Shown: one piece after another, positions 43,912-54,595 of the stretch
Layout of the letters: every line of letters begins with the position of its first letter
How positions within the stretch are numbered: the stretch's first letter is position 1
Assembly: GCA_964019335.1 (NCBI GenBank)
Contig: OZ025724.1
Coordinates: 62,001-126,000, forward strand
Length of the DNA: 64,000 nt
Origin: Diplonema japonicum
Taxonomy: Eukaryota > Protista > Euglenozoa: Diplonemea
Direction: 5' to 3'
Position numbers and translations under genes: made by a program
Notes under the pieces: model-generated
The model's database searches: none
Told to the model about the DNA's origin: nothing
The model's input: only the letters and a program-made list of their open reading frames with translations

Positions 43912-45291
43912 TCAGCAAACGATGCAACACTCTTTACTTTTACAGGTTGCTTGCTTCACAGGAGGACCCCAGGACCTTGTTGGTATTCTTGGTCGCTCTT
44001 CCTGTTGTGCTGGTTGCTCCTCCTGTTCCTGTTGATGTCCCCGTAGTCTGAGGAATTCCACAACATCTTTCCTGTGTTCCACTGGGGTCCCTGAAAGAAA
44101 ACAGCTGCCGACGGTGGTGACATTGCGTAGGGGGTTGAGATCCACAGAAGTCAATGATTTACAGCCATGGAGAAAATTATCACCGATATTTGTGATGTTC
44201 TGCAAAGGACCCAGATCAACAGTTTTCAAAGAGCTGCAGTTGTAGAGAAAATCTTTGCCAACTAACTGAACGTTCCGCAAGGGGCTCAGATCAACAGAAG
44301 TCAATGATTCACAGCCATTGAGAAAACTGTATTCGAACCGTGTGATGTTCTGGATCAACAGTCGTTAGAGCTTTGCAGTTGAAGAGAAAATAGTCCACAC
44401 TGGATGCAGAAGTACAGGTGTTGCGCAGGGGGCTCAGATCGATAAATCTTAACGAAACACAATAAAACATGAGACCCCAGTGGTCCATACTGGTCACATT
44501 CTGCAAGGGACTCAAATCCACAGAAGTCAATGATTCACAGCCACTGAGAAAATCACTTCCGACGGTGGTGACATTGCCAAAGGGGCTCAGATCAACTGTC
44601 TTCAAAGAGCTGCAATCTCGGAGAAACTCGCGCCCAATGGACTCAACATTCTGCAAAGGACTCAAATCCACAGAAGTCAACGATGTGCAGTTATAGAGAA
44701 AAGAAGAGCCGACGGTGGTGACATTGCCAAAGGGGCTCAGATCAACATTCGTAAGAGACTTGCAATTCTTGAGAAAACAGTCCCCAACGGACTGAAGACC
44801 CTGCAAGGTCGACAGGTCCAAGGTGACGAGTGAGGAGCCAGACAAAAAGGAGTCCCCAATAGAGGTTGCACCGTCGCTCAGGGTCCACACCTTGAGGTGA
44901 CGAAGCTTTGAGGGAAGCTTGCTTGTGAGTCCATCATCAAGACAGTCCAGACCAGTGACATCCACTGAAAGAAGAAGCTCAGGATTCTCCCCAAGATGTC
45001 TTTCAACATCCTCTTTCAGATGCGAGAGGTCCACATGACTGTTTTATAAATACTACACAAGAGAAGCTCGCTCCCCTGCCCCATCCCCAGCTGCTGTATC
45101 TCCTGTTCCCCACCGCCAGATGTCTCATTATCCAAGACCACACCTTCGAATTGTAAGTGGAATCTCCCCACCTCCACTGCAGAAGCCTCAGCCGCCTTCC
45201 TGTACAGGTCCTTCACCCTGTCAAGCCCAGACAGCTCCACCTCGTGCACCACATCCTCGTCGACAGTCCTGATCAACACTGCGAGGCTCAT
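43912..45291 (-). pseudogene. Ubl-LRR-CaaX paralog 2, disrupted
   Basis: Collinear with paralog 3 but with ~10-nt (near 45040) and ~11-nt (near 44352) deletions that cause frameshifts; ends in ECCIVC. Confidence 0.85.
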
Positions 45292-46480
45292 GTTTTTAGC
45301 ACCTTGGTTGGTTTTGTATTTTTAAGGTGTTTGCTACTGCAGACGAAACAATTGTTAAATAGGGGGGGGAGGTTGCAGTATGCTCATCTGGCGAGCTGGC
45401 AACAGGGCGTATGGAGCATTGGTGAACAAGATATCCCGGCGTGACAAACCCCTTTGTTAATCGTGTCGATGCTTAGGGGGCTTGGATGCACCGCAACCGC
45501 GCTTTGAATTGGGCAGTAGGTCGGACAGTGAAGCCGACCCAGGTGTCATGCGCACTCCAGCTTACGGGCGAAAGATAAATGCCCCCCTCCCCTGTGAGGC
45601 CTATGGGTGTGGCCGCCATGTCTGCAACGTTTAGCTCCCTTGAAGCTCACACCAGTGTGCGAGTTGAGCCCATTTTTTGGCACGTTGGCGATGGCTGTGG
45701 TGATCGTTGCAAGAGCGCCTATAGGAAGTATTGGACATAGAGGGAATTTTAAAAGAGAAGGTTTTTCTAGGGAATTCCAGCGATCAATCATGCAAGAACC
45801 AAACCCTTCCGACTGAATACGATTGGTTTGCAGGATACGATTCTTGTTTAATACCTACTTATGTTTCTTTTACATCATTCTTATGCTTTTACATCAGTAC
45901 CACTGCTTTTTTTCATTGAAATGTTCGAACCAAGGAATCAGTCGAAGCGTGAAGCCGCTTTGTCCTTTTGGACTCCCAGTCCACAGTGGGCACCAACCAC
46001 CGCACCGCAGAAATAAATTGAGTTTTTTTTTTTCCCGTTTTCTTTTTTTTTTTTTTTTTTTTTTTTTTGTTTTAACAAAGTTGACCATGTCTCGTGCGAC
46101 ATATCGACAATGGTAGAGGATGCACTTATTGGTGGGAGGCCGTAGGTGCTAGACTTCAGAAGTGCTTTGATCGAGTTCCGCATGAGATTAGATTGCCCTT
46201 TCGTTTGTGGTGTGTACGAACTTGGGGTGTAGGTGATTGGCCACGTAGGGCCTGTTCTACATTTAGTATGGTCCCACCTGAAGAAAAAAAAAAAAGAAAA
46301 AAATAATATTTTCTTGGTTTTTTTTTTTTTTTTTTTTGTTTACAGTAAACTTGCTTTTTAATATTGGTGGTGTGGGTTTTCTTCTACTTCTATAAAATGA
46401 GCAGAGCATCTAGTGGGTTGTTGTACAAACGCTGGCTAAGGATTTCCGCATTTTCTTTTCTGTGTGAACAAAGAATAACA

Positions 46481-47340
46481 ATATATATGAGTTTAAGGAA
46501 GTCTTTGTGAGACGCCCCCTTGTTCTCATCCTCTACCTGCACCTATCCCCTTTCAGCAGCGGTTTTTTTTTTTTTTTTTTTTTTTTTAAATTCCACTTCC
46601 TTTTCGACTTGCTAAGGCCGTGCCCACTAGGTGGGTTGGAAGTGTCTCGAGACGCTCACCCGGTTGCCCGAGTACTCATGACCGTACTGGTGTTCTCTAC
46701 CCACAAGCTTTGCTGGTTGTTTGGCATTTTTTTTTTTTTTTTTGAAGGCTACTGAGGGTGCCGGTCCTCAGCATCTTCTTTTTTTTTTTTTTTTTTTTCA
46801 AATATATTGGGTTTGAGGGATGTCGAGTGTTTCGCCCTGGCCGCAGGGCATTTCAGGAGGAGGTGTTCGAGCGTTCTCTCTGTTGCGGGTCCGCATCTTT
46901 CGCAAATGCGTTGCTTGAAGTCTTTCTTCAACAGCTCGTGATGCCCGGACTTCAGCTGATTGATCATCACCTCTTCTTTTCTGCTGAGCCCTTCCATCTT
47001 TTTGGGTGCTTCTGTCTTCCCTGCCCACTTGTAGTATGTCCTCTCCTTCTTTAAACCAGCAATTATGTCTTTTCTCTGTCTGTTGCTGGTGGTTCTTCGC
47101 TGCGCCCATGCTGATCTTTTGGGTTGCCTCTTCTTCCCTGCCTTTTTCCGCCAGCTCATCTGCTTTCTCGTTCCCTTCTAGTCCGCAGTGGCCTGGGACG
47201 TAGCAGCATGTGAGGTAGTTCCCATTTTTCGTCAGCGCGTGTATGTCTCGCCACACTCCAGCCACCATGTCCTCCTGCTGCCTTGCTGGGCCCTGTTTCA
47301 GTTTCAGCAAGGTTTCTCCTCCTAACAATATCCGGATCAA
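46481..47340 (-). mobile_element. 3' fragment of an RNase H-encoding (ingi/I-like) non-LTR retrotransposon ending in the type-II tail
   Basis: RNase H C-terminus YVPGHCGLEGNEKADELA, then CERC...TLEHLLLKC, then the tail at 46481-46562. Confidence 0.8.
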
Positions 47341-48023
47341 AAGTCAACACTTTTCTTTTTGACAAGTTCGAAGATCTTTTGTTTTGATTATTTGAGCAAA
47401 AAAAGGGCAGCATGCAACCATAGGAAGATGACATATATGGTGTACCTGTTGCCGTTCTTTCAATTGCGATGCTTGTTTTGCCATGAGGGTGGCAGGCTTT
47501 GCAACCGGCTGCCCCCGGGAAGTGTACTGGCCTGAGGCCTTGTTCTCCAACACACCTTCTACAATCAATCTCTGACTCCAGTTACCTGCCAGAAAGTTAT
47601 CAGCAGCGGTGTTGCACGCTCTTCAGCACCACGTCACAATGGGGACAAATGCCTTCCCATGCTACCCCCTTCTGAACCATCCTGCTCCAGAAACAGGGTA
47701 CAGTGAGCGAACATATCGAGGGAATAAACTTCGTTACTTTCCTGTCTGGGCTTTCGAACTAAAGAATTGAAAAACCTTAAATACAAACAGGTGAGTGGGG
47801 TACAGTAACATAAAAAGGCAAAAAAGAGAACAAGAACAAAAAAAAAGGCAAACATGAAAAAAGAAATGGGGCTTTGGTTGCAACACTATTTTGCGTTAAG
47901 TGTGCGGCGTGGTGGTGGTGGGTCTATCTTGTGTTGTTAAAAAAAAAGTAATAGTATCGTTTTGAAACTTGTCGTTTTGGTTTCGCTCGAGCGAGGAAAG
48001 AGGTGCGGGAAAGGGGAAAAAAA

Positions 48024-48092
48024 ATATATATGAGTTAAAAGAAGTCTTTGTGAGACGCCCCCTTGTTCTCATCTTCTACCTACACCTATCCC
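48024..48092 (-). repeat. Retroposon 3'-tail motif type II (also 46481-46562, 52738-52807, 56222-56291; degenerate 29207-29260)
   Basis: Minus strand ...GGTAG(A/T)(A/G)GATGAGAACAAGGGGGCGTCTCACAAAGACTTC..TAACTCATATAT. Confidence 0.85.
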
Positions 48093-48444
48093 AAAAATGC
48101 TTAAAAAGCTTAATAATAAAGTAGATTTGCTCGGCACAAAGGGATGACAAGTTTCTAGTTATCATTTCTTTTTGCCCAAATTGCAGTTTGAACTAAAATC
48201 TATGAGAAAAGCTTGCTCCTCCTGAACGAAAGCTCAAGCTGTTTCTTAACGCGTGGAGGAAGGAATGAGTGCTTTCATGCTACAAGGGCATGGAGGTCCA
48301 AAGACGAAACTAGACGTCAGGAGGGAAATCTTTTTATTTACAATATTCTATCTGGTTGACGACCCGCCGTGTTCCTCGATTCTCACCTATTTTCCCATGA
48401 TCAAGCAAGTAATGTGAAGAGGTTACATGTTGCCATTTCTCGAA

Positions 48445-50109
48445 CTAAGCCTGTTGGGATCTGAACCACTTCCATGACGAGCCGACACAGAGTGGACGGT
48501 AAGTCTTCTGCTTTTCTGATTTTCTTAGACTATACGGTTTGCTGACTACAGAACTATCATTGGTTTCCTTCCGAAGAAGCGCGACAACATCAGCCCTGCC
48601 TGCTCGTGATGCCGACACGAGTGGTGTCATTCCTGATGGTGTCGTGATGTTGACATCAGCCCCATGATCCAGCAAGGTCCTGCATACTGCCATGTGTCCT
48701 AATGATGCCGCAACGTGAAGGGGTGACACCGAGCGCCCCATCCGCTTCAACAGAACATCAGGACACACGCCAAGAGACAAAAGAATCTCAAGTTCATCAG
48801 GAAAGTTGCTGAAGGAGGCCCGAAACATGACAGCCAGCTTGTCCTCCTCGCTCAGTCCCTCCATCGCCTTTCGTGTTGCCTCGTTGCCCCTGATGTACCC
48901 ACCACTCCCGTACCGAAGCATTCCTGACACTTTGCTGTGCCGTTGATAATATGAAACAGTTGCCGTAAGCCCCTTCACAGCCCCTTTCGTCAGAAGAAGT
49001 GACACAACATCAGCCCTGCCTGTTCGTGATGCCGACATGAGTGGTGTCCATCCTGATGGTATTCTGATGTTGACATCAGCCCCATGATCCAGCAAGGTCT
49101 TACAAACCGCTACGTGTCCTGCTGATGCCGCAATGTGAAGGGTTGACACATGACTATTTCCCGACTTGAATAGCTTGTTGGGATCTGAACCACTTTTGAT
49201 GAGGAGTCCACACAAAGTGGAATCCCCCACTCGTGCTGCCGACGGTAAGTCTTCTGCTTTTCTGATTTTCTTACACCCTGGTTTGTTGACCACATTGGTT
49301 CCCTTGGCACCCTTTTGAAGAAGAAGCGCGACAACATCAGCCCTGCCTGCTCGTGATGCCGACATGAGTGGTGTCATTCCTGATGGTGTCTTGATGTTGA
49401 CATCAGCCCCATGATCCAGCAAGGTCCTGCATGCCGCCATGTGTCCTGATGATGCCGCAACGTGAAGGGGTGACACCGAGTGCCCCATCCGCTTCCACAG
49501 AACATCAGGACACACACCAAGAGACAAAAGAATCTCAAGTTCATCAGGAAAGTTGCTGGAGGAGGCCCGAAACGTGACAGCCAGCTTATCCTCCTCGCTC
49601 AGTCCCTCCATCGCTTTCAGTGTTGCCTCGTTGCCCCTGATGTACCCACCACTCCCGTACCGAAGCATTCCTGACACCTCGCTGTGCCGTTGATAACATG
49701 AAACAGTTGCCCCAAGCCCCTTCACAGCCCCTTTCGTCAGAAGAAGTGACACAACATCAGCCCTGCCTGCTTCCGATGCCGACATGAGTGGTGTCCTTCC
49801 TCCTCCTGCTGATGGTGTTCTGATGTTGACATCAGCCCCATGATCAAGTAAGGTTTTGCAAGTTGCTAGTCTTCCGCCTGAAGCCGCAAGATGAAGGGGT
49901 GAGATGGTTCCACTTCCCCACTTAACCAACGAATTAGGATCAGCACCCTGCAGGATGAGATCCCCTATGCCATGGTTGGCCGATACCGCACGGTGAAGAA
50001 CACGCGAGTCAGGTCCACACAGGAGACTTCTGTTTCCCTCCACTTGTTCGACCATCGCCCTGCCCCACATCCCCTTCGCTGTCCCACGCAACCACCTTCC
50101 GAGCCGCAT
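48445..50109 (-). CDS. Ankyrin-repeat protein built from a duplicated 747-bp unit; degenerate 3' end
   Basis: SPLHxAA...G....C..LLDHGADVN and TPLMSAS..G..DVV.LLL repeats; unit offset 48721 vs 49468. The last ~30 codons are an out-of-frame copy of the linker. Confidence 0.85.
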   Translation of the reverse strand: MRLGRWLRGTAKGMWGRAMVEQVEGNRSLLCGPDSRVLHRAVSANHGIGDLILQGADPNSLVKWGSGTISPLHLAASGGRLATCKTLLDHGADVNIRTPSAGGGRTPLMSASEAGRADVVSLLLTKGAVKGLGATVSCYQRHSEVSGMLRYGSGGYIRGNEATLKAMEGLSEEDKLAVTFRASSSNFPDELEILLSLGVCPDVLWKRMGHSVSPLHVAASSGHMAACRTLLDHGADVNIKTPSGMTPLMSASRAGRADVVALLLQKGAKGTNVVNKPGCKKIRKAEDLPSAARVGDSTLCGLLIKSGSDPNKLFKSGNSHVSTLHIAASAGHVAVCKTLLDHGADVNIRIPSGWTPLMSASRTGRADVVSLLLTKGAVKGLTATVSYYQRHSKVSGMLRYGSGGYIRGNEATRKAMEGLSEEDKLAVMFRASFSNFPDELEILLSLGVCPDVLLKRMGRSVSPLHVAASLGHMAVCRTLLDHGADVNITTPSGMTPLVSASRAGRADVVALLRKETNDSSVVSKPYSLRKSEKQKTYRPLCVGSSWKWFRSQQA

Positions 50110-50300
50110 GTGTGTAATACCTACTGAGTTGCGGTGTGATCAAAGACAATAGTGAATGCAGATTAAAGCGTACTACGCCGATGCGCATAAGCGTTTCATT
50201 TTGTTTCAAACTTTCTTGTGTATCGAGAGATGGTCAAAGATACACAGTAAGACCTGCCAAAGAAACACAACTTAGTTGTATGCATCACTGGTTATTGCCC

Positions 50301-50938
50301 TGCACGTTCTTCAGCACCACGTCACAATGGGGACAAATGCCTTCCCGTCCTGTCCATGCTACCTTAACCGACCGTCGGTTTGCTCCGTCGCACCACTGCC
50401 CGCGCTTCGCGCTCTTGGACCGCTATTCGACGAGCAGAGATGGTTCTAGCGCACGATCTGTGTTGGTCTTCACCAGCTTGGTGCCGTGGCCAAGGTTCAC
50501 GTTTGGGCATACGCCTCTCTTTCGCTTCTTCCTGTAGTGGCTCGCGAGGGGCGGGGCCGGTGCTGGGGCTGAGTGCGGGGCCAGAGCTCGTCGCCGTCGT
50601 GGGTGGTGAGGCATGCCAGTTCCAGCTCCTCCGTCCGTGGCGCAGGTTCTGTCTTTACCGATGGTGGGGTCGAGATCGGGGCCTCGATGTCGTCGCCGGT
50701 CAGGTCTATGACCTCCTTCACGTTTCCCTGCACCTCATCGGTTCCCTGTGGCACAGGTCCCGCCTCCTTGTGGGGGAGGTTCCGTTGTAGGTGTTGACTC
50801 CGCGGGTGGTGGCTCCAACATGTACATGTACCCCACTCTGCAGAAGCCTCAGCCTTCGGGTACCCTGTCAAGCCCAGACAGCTCCACCTCGTGCACCATA
50901 TTCTCGTCGACGGTCCTGATCAACACTGCGAGGCTCAT
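50301..50938 (-). pseudogene. Chimeric pseudogene: Ubl N-terminus of the LRR family joined to an unrelated VIDLTGDD / Cys-rich region
   Basis: MSLAVLIRTVDENMVHEVELSGLDRV from the ATG at 50938, then frameshifted EVIDLTGDD and EGICPHCDVVLK. Confidence 0.6.
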
Positions 50939-53498
50939 GGTTTCTTTTGGTTTATTACTTTTGTTGATTCTTTTTTTTGTATTTTTAGGTTTTTACAGAC
51001 GAAATAAATAAATTGGGGGGGGGGGGGGGGGGGGGGCAGGGTCACTGGGCGGGACTGAACAAGAAAAGCGATAAGAGGGAGAGAGGGAGGGGGTTTGCCT
51101 TCCTCCAATACAGAAAAGAAGAAAGAAAAAAAAAGAATAAAAAAAGAAAAAAGGAAAAATGATGAAGTGTCAGCCACAGGTTTGCATAACGTGTGGTTGC
51201 ATGTCACACTTTTGATGAGTGTCACATAGATAAAAACTGGCAAATAGAGAGGAAAATAAAGGGACTGAATGGAATTGGGTTAGCTTGGGCGGGGTGCCAT
51301 CAATCGGGGGTTTGAAAAAAGAAATTTATTTAAAGAAAATGAAATTCATTCTTTTTCTTGTTGTTGATGCGTGGCGAACGACTAAGAACAGGGGAAGAAA
51401 AACAACGAGGAAAGCTGGGGTATTTCTTTTTATTTTTTTATTTTTTTTTTTTTATATATAACTCCAGTCAGATTTTTAAGTGGGTATTTCACTTTATTTT
51501 CACGGCAGATTTCAGGCTTGTTTTAGGAGGAAAACAGGGGCAGGAATGAAAATTACTTTATGAGTGAATATAAAGTACTAGCCCTATTTTCACTGCACAG
51601 CAAGGGTTTGGGGTCGCAAACACGAAAAGAAATCACCCAAGTGGTTACCACATAGGCCCCTTGTTTTGGAAACCCCGGTTCGAATCTGGGAATCTCACTT
51701 TTTACGTCACTCAAGGATCTGGGCCTCTCACCAGAAGGTGGCAAGCCAGCAGCGTCACCGCGTAGTGGGGCGACCTCAGCAACCCAGGCAGCAGCCCCAC
51801 AGGTCCAGACCGAGTACCCGCACCACACAGGATAAGCCTTGGCAATCAATATCAACGTCAACCATAAGCACCGGTAAAATTTGTAACTTGTAACTTTGTA
51901 ATACCCCACACTTTCAAATCCAACTAACGTTAAATATAACAGATTTAGTGAAAATAGATCCGATTTTCATTTGTGGTGGCCTGTTCAACTCGCTTCGCTC
52001 GTGAAGTCATATACCCACTCGTTAAACCACTGCCACCGCGCGTGAAAATCATACGATCTTTTTTTTCACTAAATAAATAGTTATTTCTTTGTTTGTACAA
52101 CATAAAAAAAAAAAAAAAAACATCTTGCCAGCTTTCCCCTTTTTTTGTTTAGACAAGTCAAAGACTCGTTCTGTCGCAAGAAGAAGGTGGACGTTGAAAG
52201 AGAGAAATAAAAAAAAGAAGAATGTCTTTAGTTGCCTCTAAAAATTATTGGAAAAAAAAAAAAGAAAAAGGAACCTGTATATGCGACAGGATAAATGCAA
52301 AATGAACAAAATGAAACGAAACTTCTTTGGGGGTAAAAGAGGGGAGTGGCGGGGGGAGAAAAAAGAGCTGCCGCTTTTGCTGTATATGCTAAGTATTGTG
52401 CAGAAAGGTTAAAAGCCTTAACAAAGCTGCCTCGATTCCCTTCCTTTTTTTCCTCTTTTCTTTTTGTTTTAATTAAAGTATAACTGCTTTCATAAATGGA
52501 ATTAGGCATGCTTCCGGCCTAGCGATGCTAAAAAAAAAAAACTTCCAGCCGTAGTAGGGACTGTAAAGATAAGAATTTCGCAAGTTTTCTGCCCTCCGCC
52601 TTTTCAGTCAGAGGGTGGGAGGAAAACAAATAGGGTAAGGTCATTTCGCCATTTTTGTCCGTTTCGTCAATTCTTTTTGGTTTTACAGTGACAATGTATA
52701 GAAATGAAAGTAAACGAAAAAAAAAAAAAAAAAAAATTATGAGTTAAGGGGGGTCGTTGTGAGACGCCCCCCTTGTTCTCATCCACTGCACCTACCCCTT
52801 TCAGCAGGTTTTTCCAGCTTGGACACTTTTCTACGTCTTCAGAAGCCCATGCAGTCTCCTGTCGTCCGCTTGATCCCCCGCCTTCCCCCTTATAGGGTTT
52901 TTCTAGTCACGTTCTCGAAACAAAAAAGAATAAGAAAAAAAAGAAGAAAAACAAAGAATTTTTTTTTTTCTTTTTTGCTGTTGTGTTGTTACATTATATA
53001 TGTGCGATGGCGAAAGTCGGGTTTTTTTTTTTTTTTTTTTCAAATCACACATAAAAGATCAGAAGCAACTGCCGCACATGGCCAGCCCTTCATCAACAGC
53101 AACAGAGAACAGTGTCCGCACGTCTTGCGTATCGAAACCAGTGAGCGAGGCAACCTTCTCCCGCACTGCCGTCATCGGAAACACAACCTGCAGACCTATG
53201 TACTGCTGTTCCATTTTTTCCCCCCTTTCTTCTTTTTTTTTATTTATAAATAAAAGGTGTTTGGCTGTGGTTGTTTAGATATTTTACCCTACCCCTATTT
53301 GTACCTCCCCACAAGAACAGAAAAAAAATAAAATAAAAAAAGAAAGAGGGAGTGGGGGGGGGGGGGGGGGGGGGGTGCTCACTATTCAAAGAAGAAAATT
53401 CAAACACTAATCTGTCAACCCTTCCACAATTTGTTAGAGTCATGCTAGGGCGGCGGTTCGACTCGAGAACAAAAAAAAAAAAAAAAAAAAAGGCCTTG

Positions 53499-54493
53499 TC
53501 ATGCCGTCTTCAGTTTTGCAGCCTTATCCCATTTCGCCTTAGCTATTGCAATGCGTGTCAGGTTGGCTTTCGAGTCGATTATGAACAGAAAAACAGCGCA
53601 AAACCCAGAGAAGCAAGCTTCATAAGAAACAGGATGGACAAGGATCAAACGAAAAGGGATGTACAGAAAACAAGCACTCTGCCACGTCCATGAGAACAGT
53701 GCCGATGTAAATATGAGAACAGACTGAAACAACGGATGTTTCGGGGTAGCGTGGAACAAGAGAAGGAATGCATAGTTGAGCGAAGCAATGGAGGCACCGA
53801 GAAGTAGGGACATAGCACAGGCTTGCATAAGCGGGCTGAGGTTTCCTCCCCCGAATGCTGGATCCGTACTTAAAATGCAAAACACCATCACCAGGAAGTG
53901 GTGGAGGTAATCGTCCCAAAACAAGGTGGGGAGATATGCCAGTTCCCACACCATGAGCGCAGCAAGCCAAACCCTTACTAAATAGAAGGATCTGACCGCA
54001 CGGACGTCGGGCGAAGAAATGTCACATTCTGGTCCCAACAGAGAGCCTGTAAGGGCCTGAAACTCCAGCCCGTTGTCCCAGTCGAGAAAATTCCACACCT
54101 CCCACATGCCAACACAGCAGACACCTCTTAGCAACAGGGCTACGACCATCATCACAATTTTTCGTTTTTTAGAATAGGCTTGCATTTTGTCGCCATTTCC
54201 CAAGTCGTTCCATCCTGGGAACACATTTGGAAGCACTGTACTGTGCAGTGCAATGGTGGCAAAGCACACATTAAGCGAAGCGGTGAGAAACACGCTTAGA
54301 CCACTTCCTGCACAACACGCTGGGTTTTTTTTTTTTTTTTTTTTTTTATTCACAATATGGTCATACAGTCCGAGCTCAGGGCATGGCCTTGTATCGGCTC
54401 TGGTATGTACTTGATATCTATAAACATCGCTGTCATGGGCAGCACAACACCTGAGAGGAGGACAACTGCCGTGCCACACAGCAGGCCAAGCAT
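53499..54493 (-). CDS. Multi-pass membrane protein, TLC-domain-like; join(54493..54367,54319..53499)
   Basis: A 47-nt GTATGA...(A)n CCCAG intron joins a hydrophobic first exon in frame; several TMs and a YLHH motif. Confidence 0.7.
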
Positions 54494-54560
54494 TTTTCTT
54501 TCTCGCTTTCTCCCCTGACTGTGAAGAATTGAATGGTCGATTTGCAACATTTTGAAACTT

Positions 54561-54592
<32 letters not shown>

Positions 54593-54595
<3 letters not shown>

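Noticed and set aside
51730-51760. SRP (7SL) RNA helix-8-like AAGG...AGCAG motif
   Set aside because: The loop is not GNRA, the spacing is off and no Alu domain is recognisable.
53059-53214. 51-aa ORF with weak ubiquitin-like flavour (AVREKVASLTGFDTQDVRTLF)
   Set aside because: Too short and too weak to support without a profile search.
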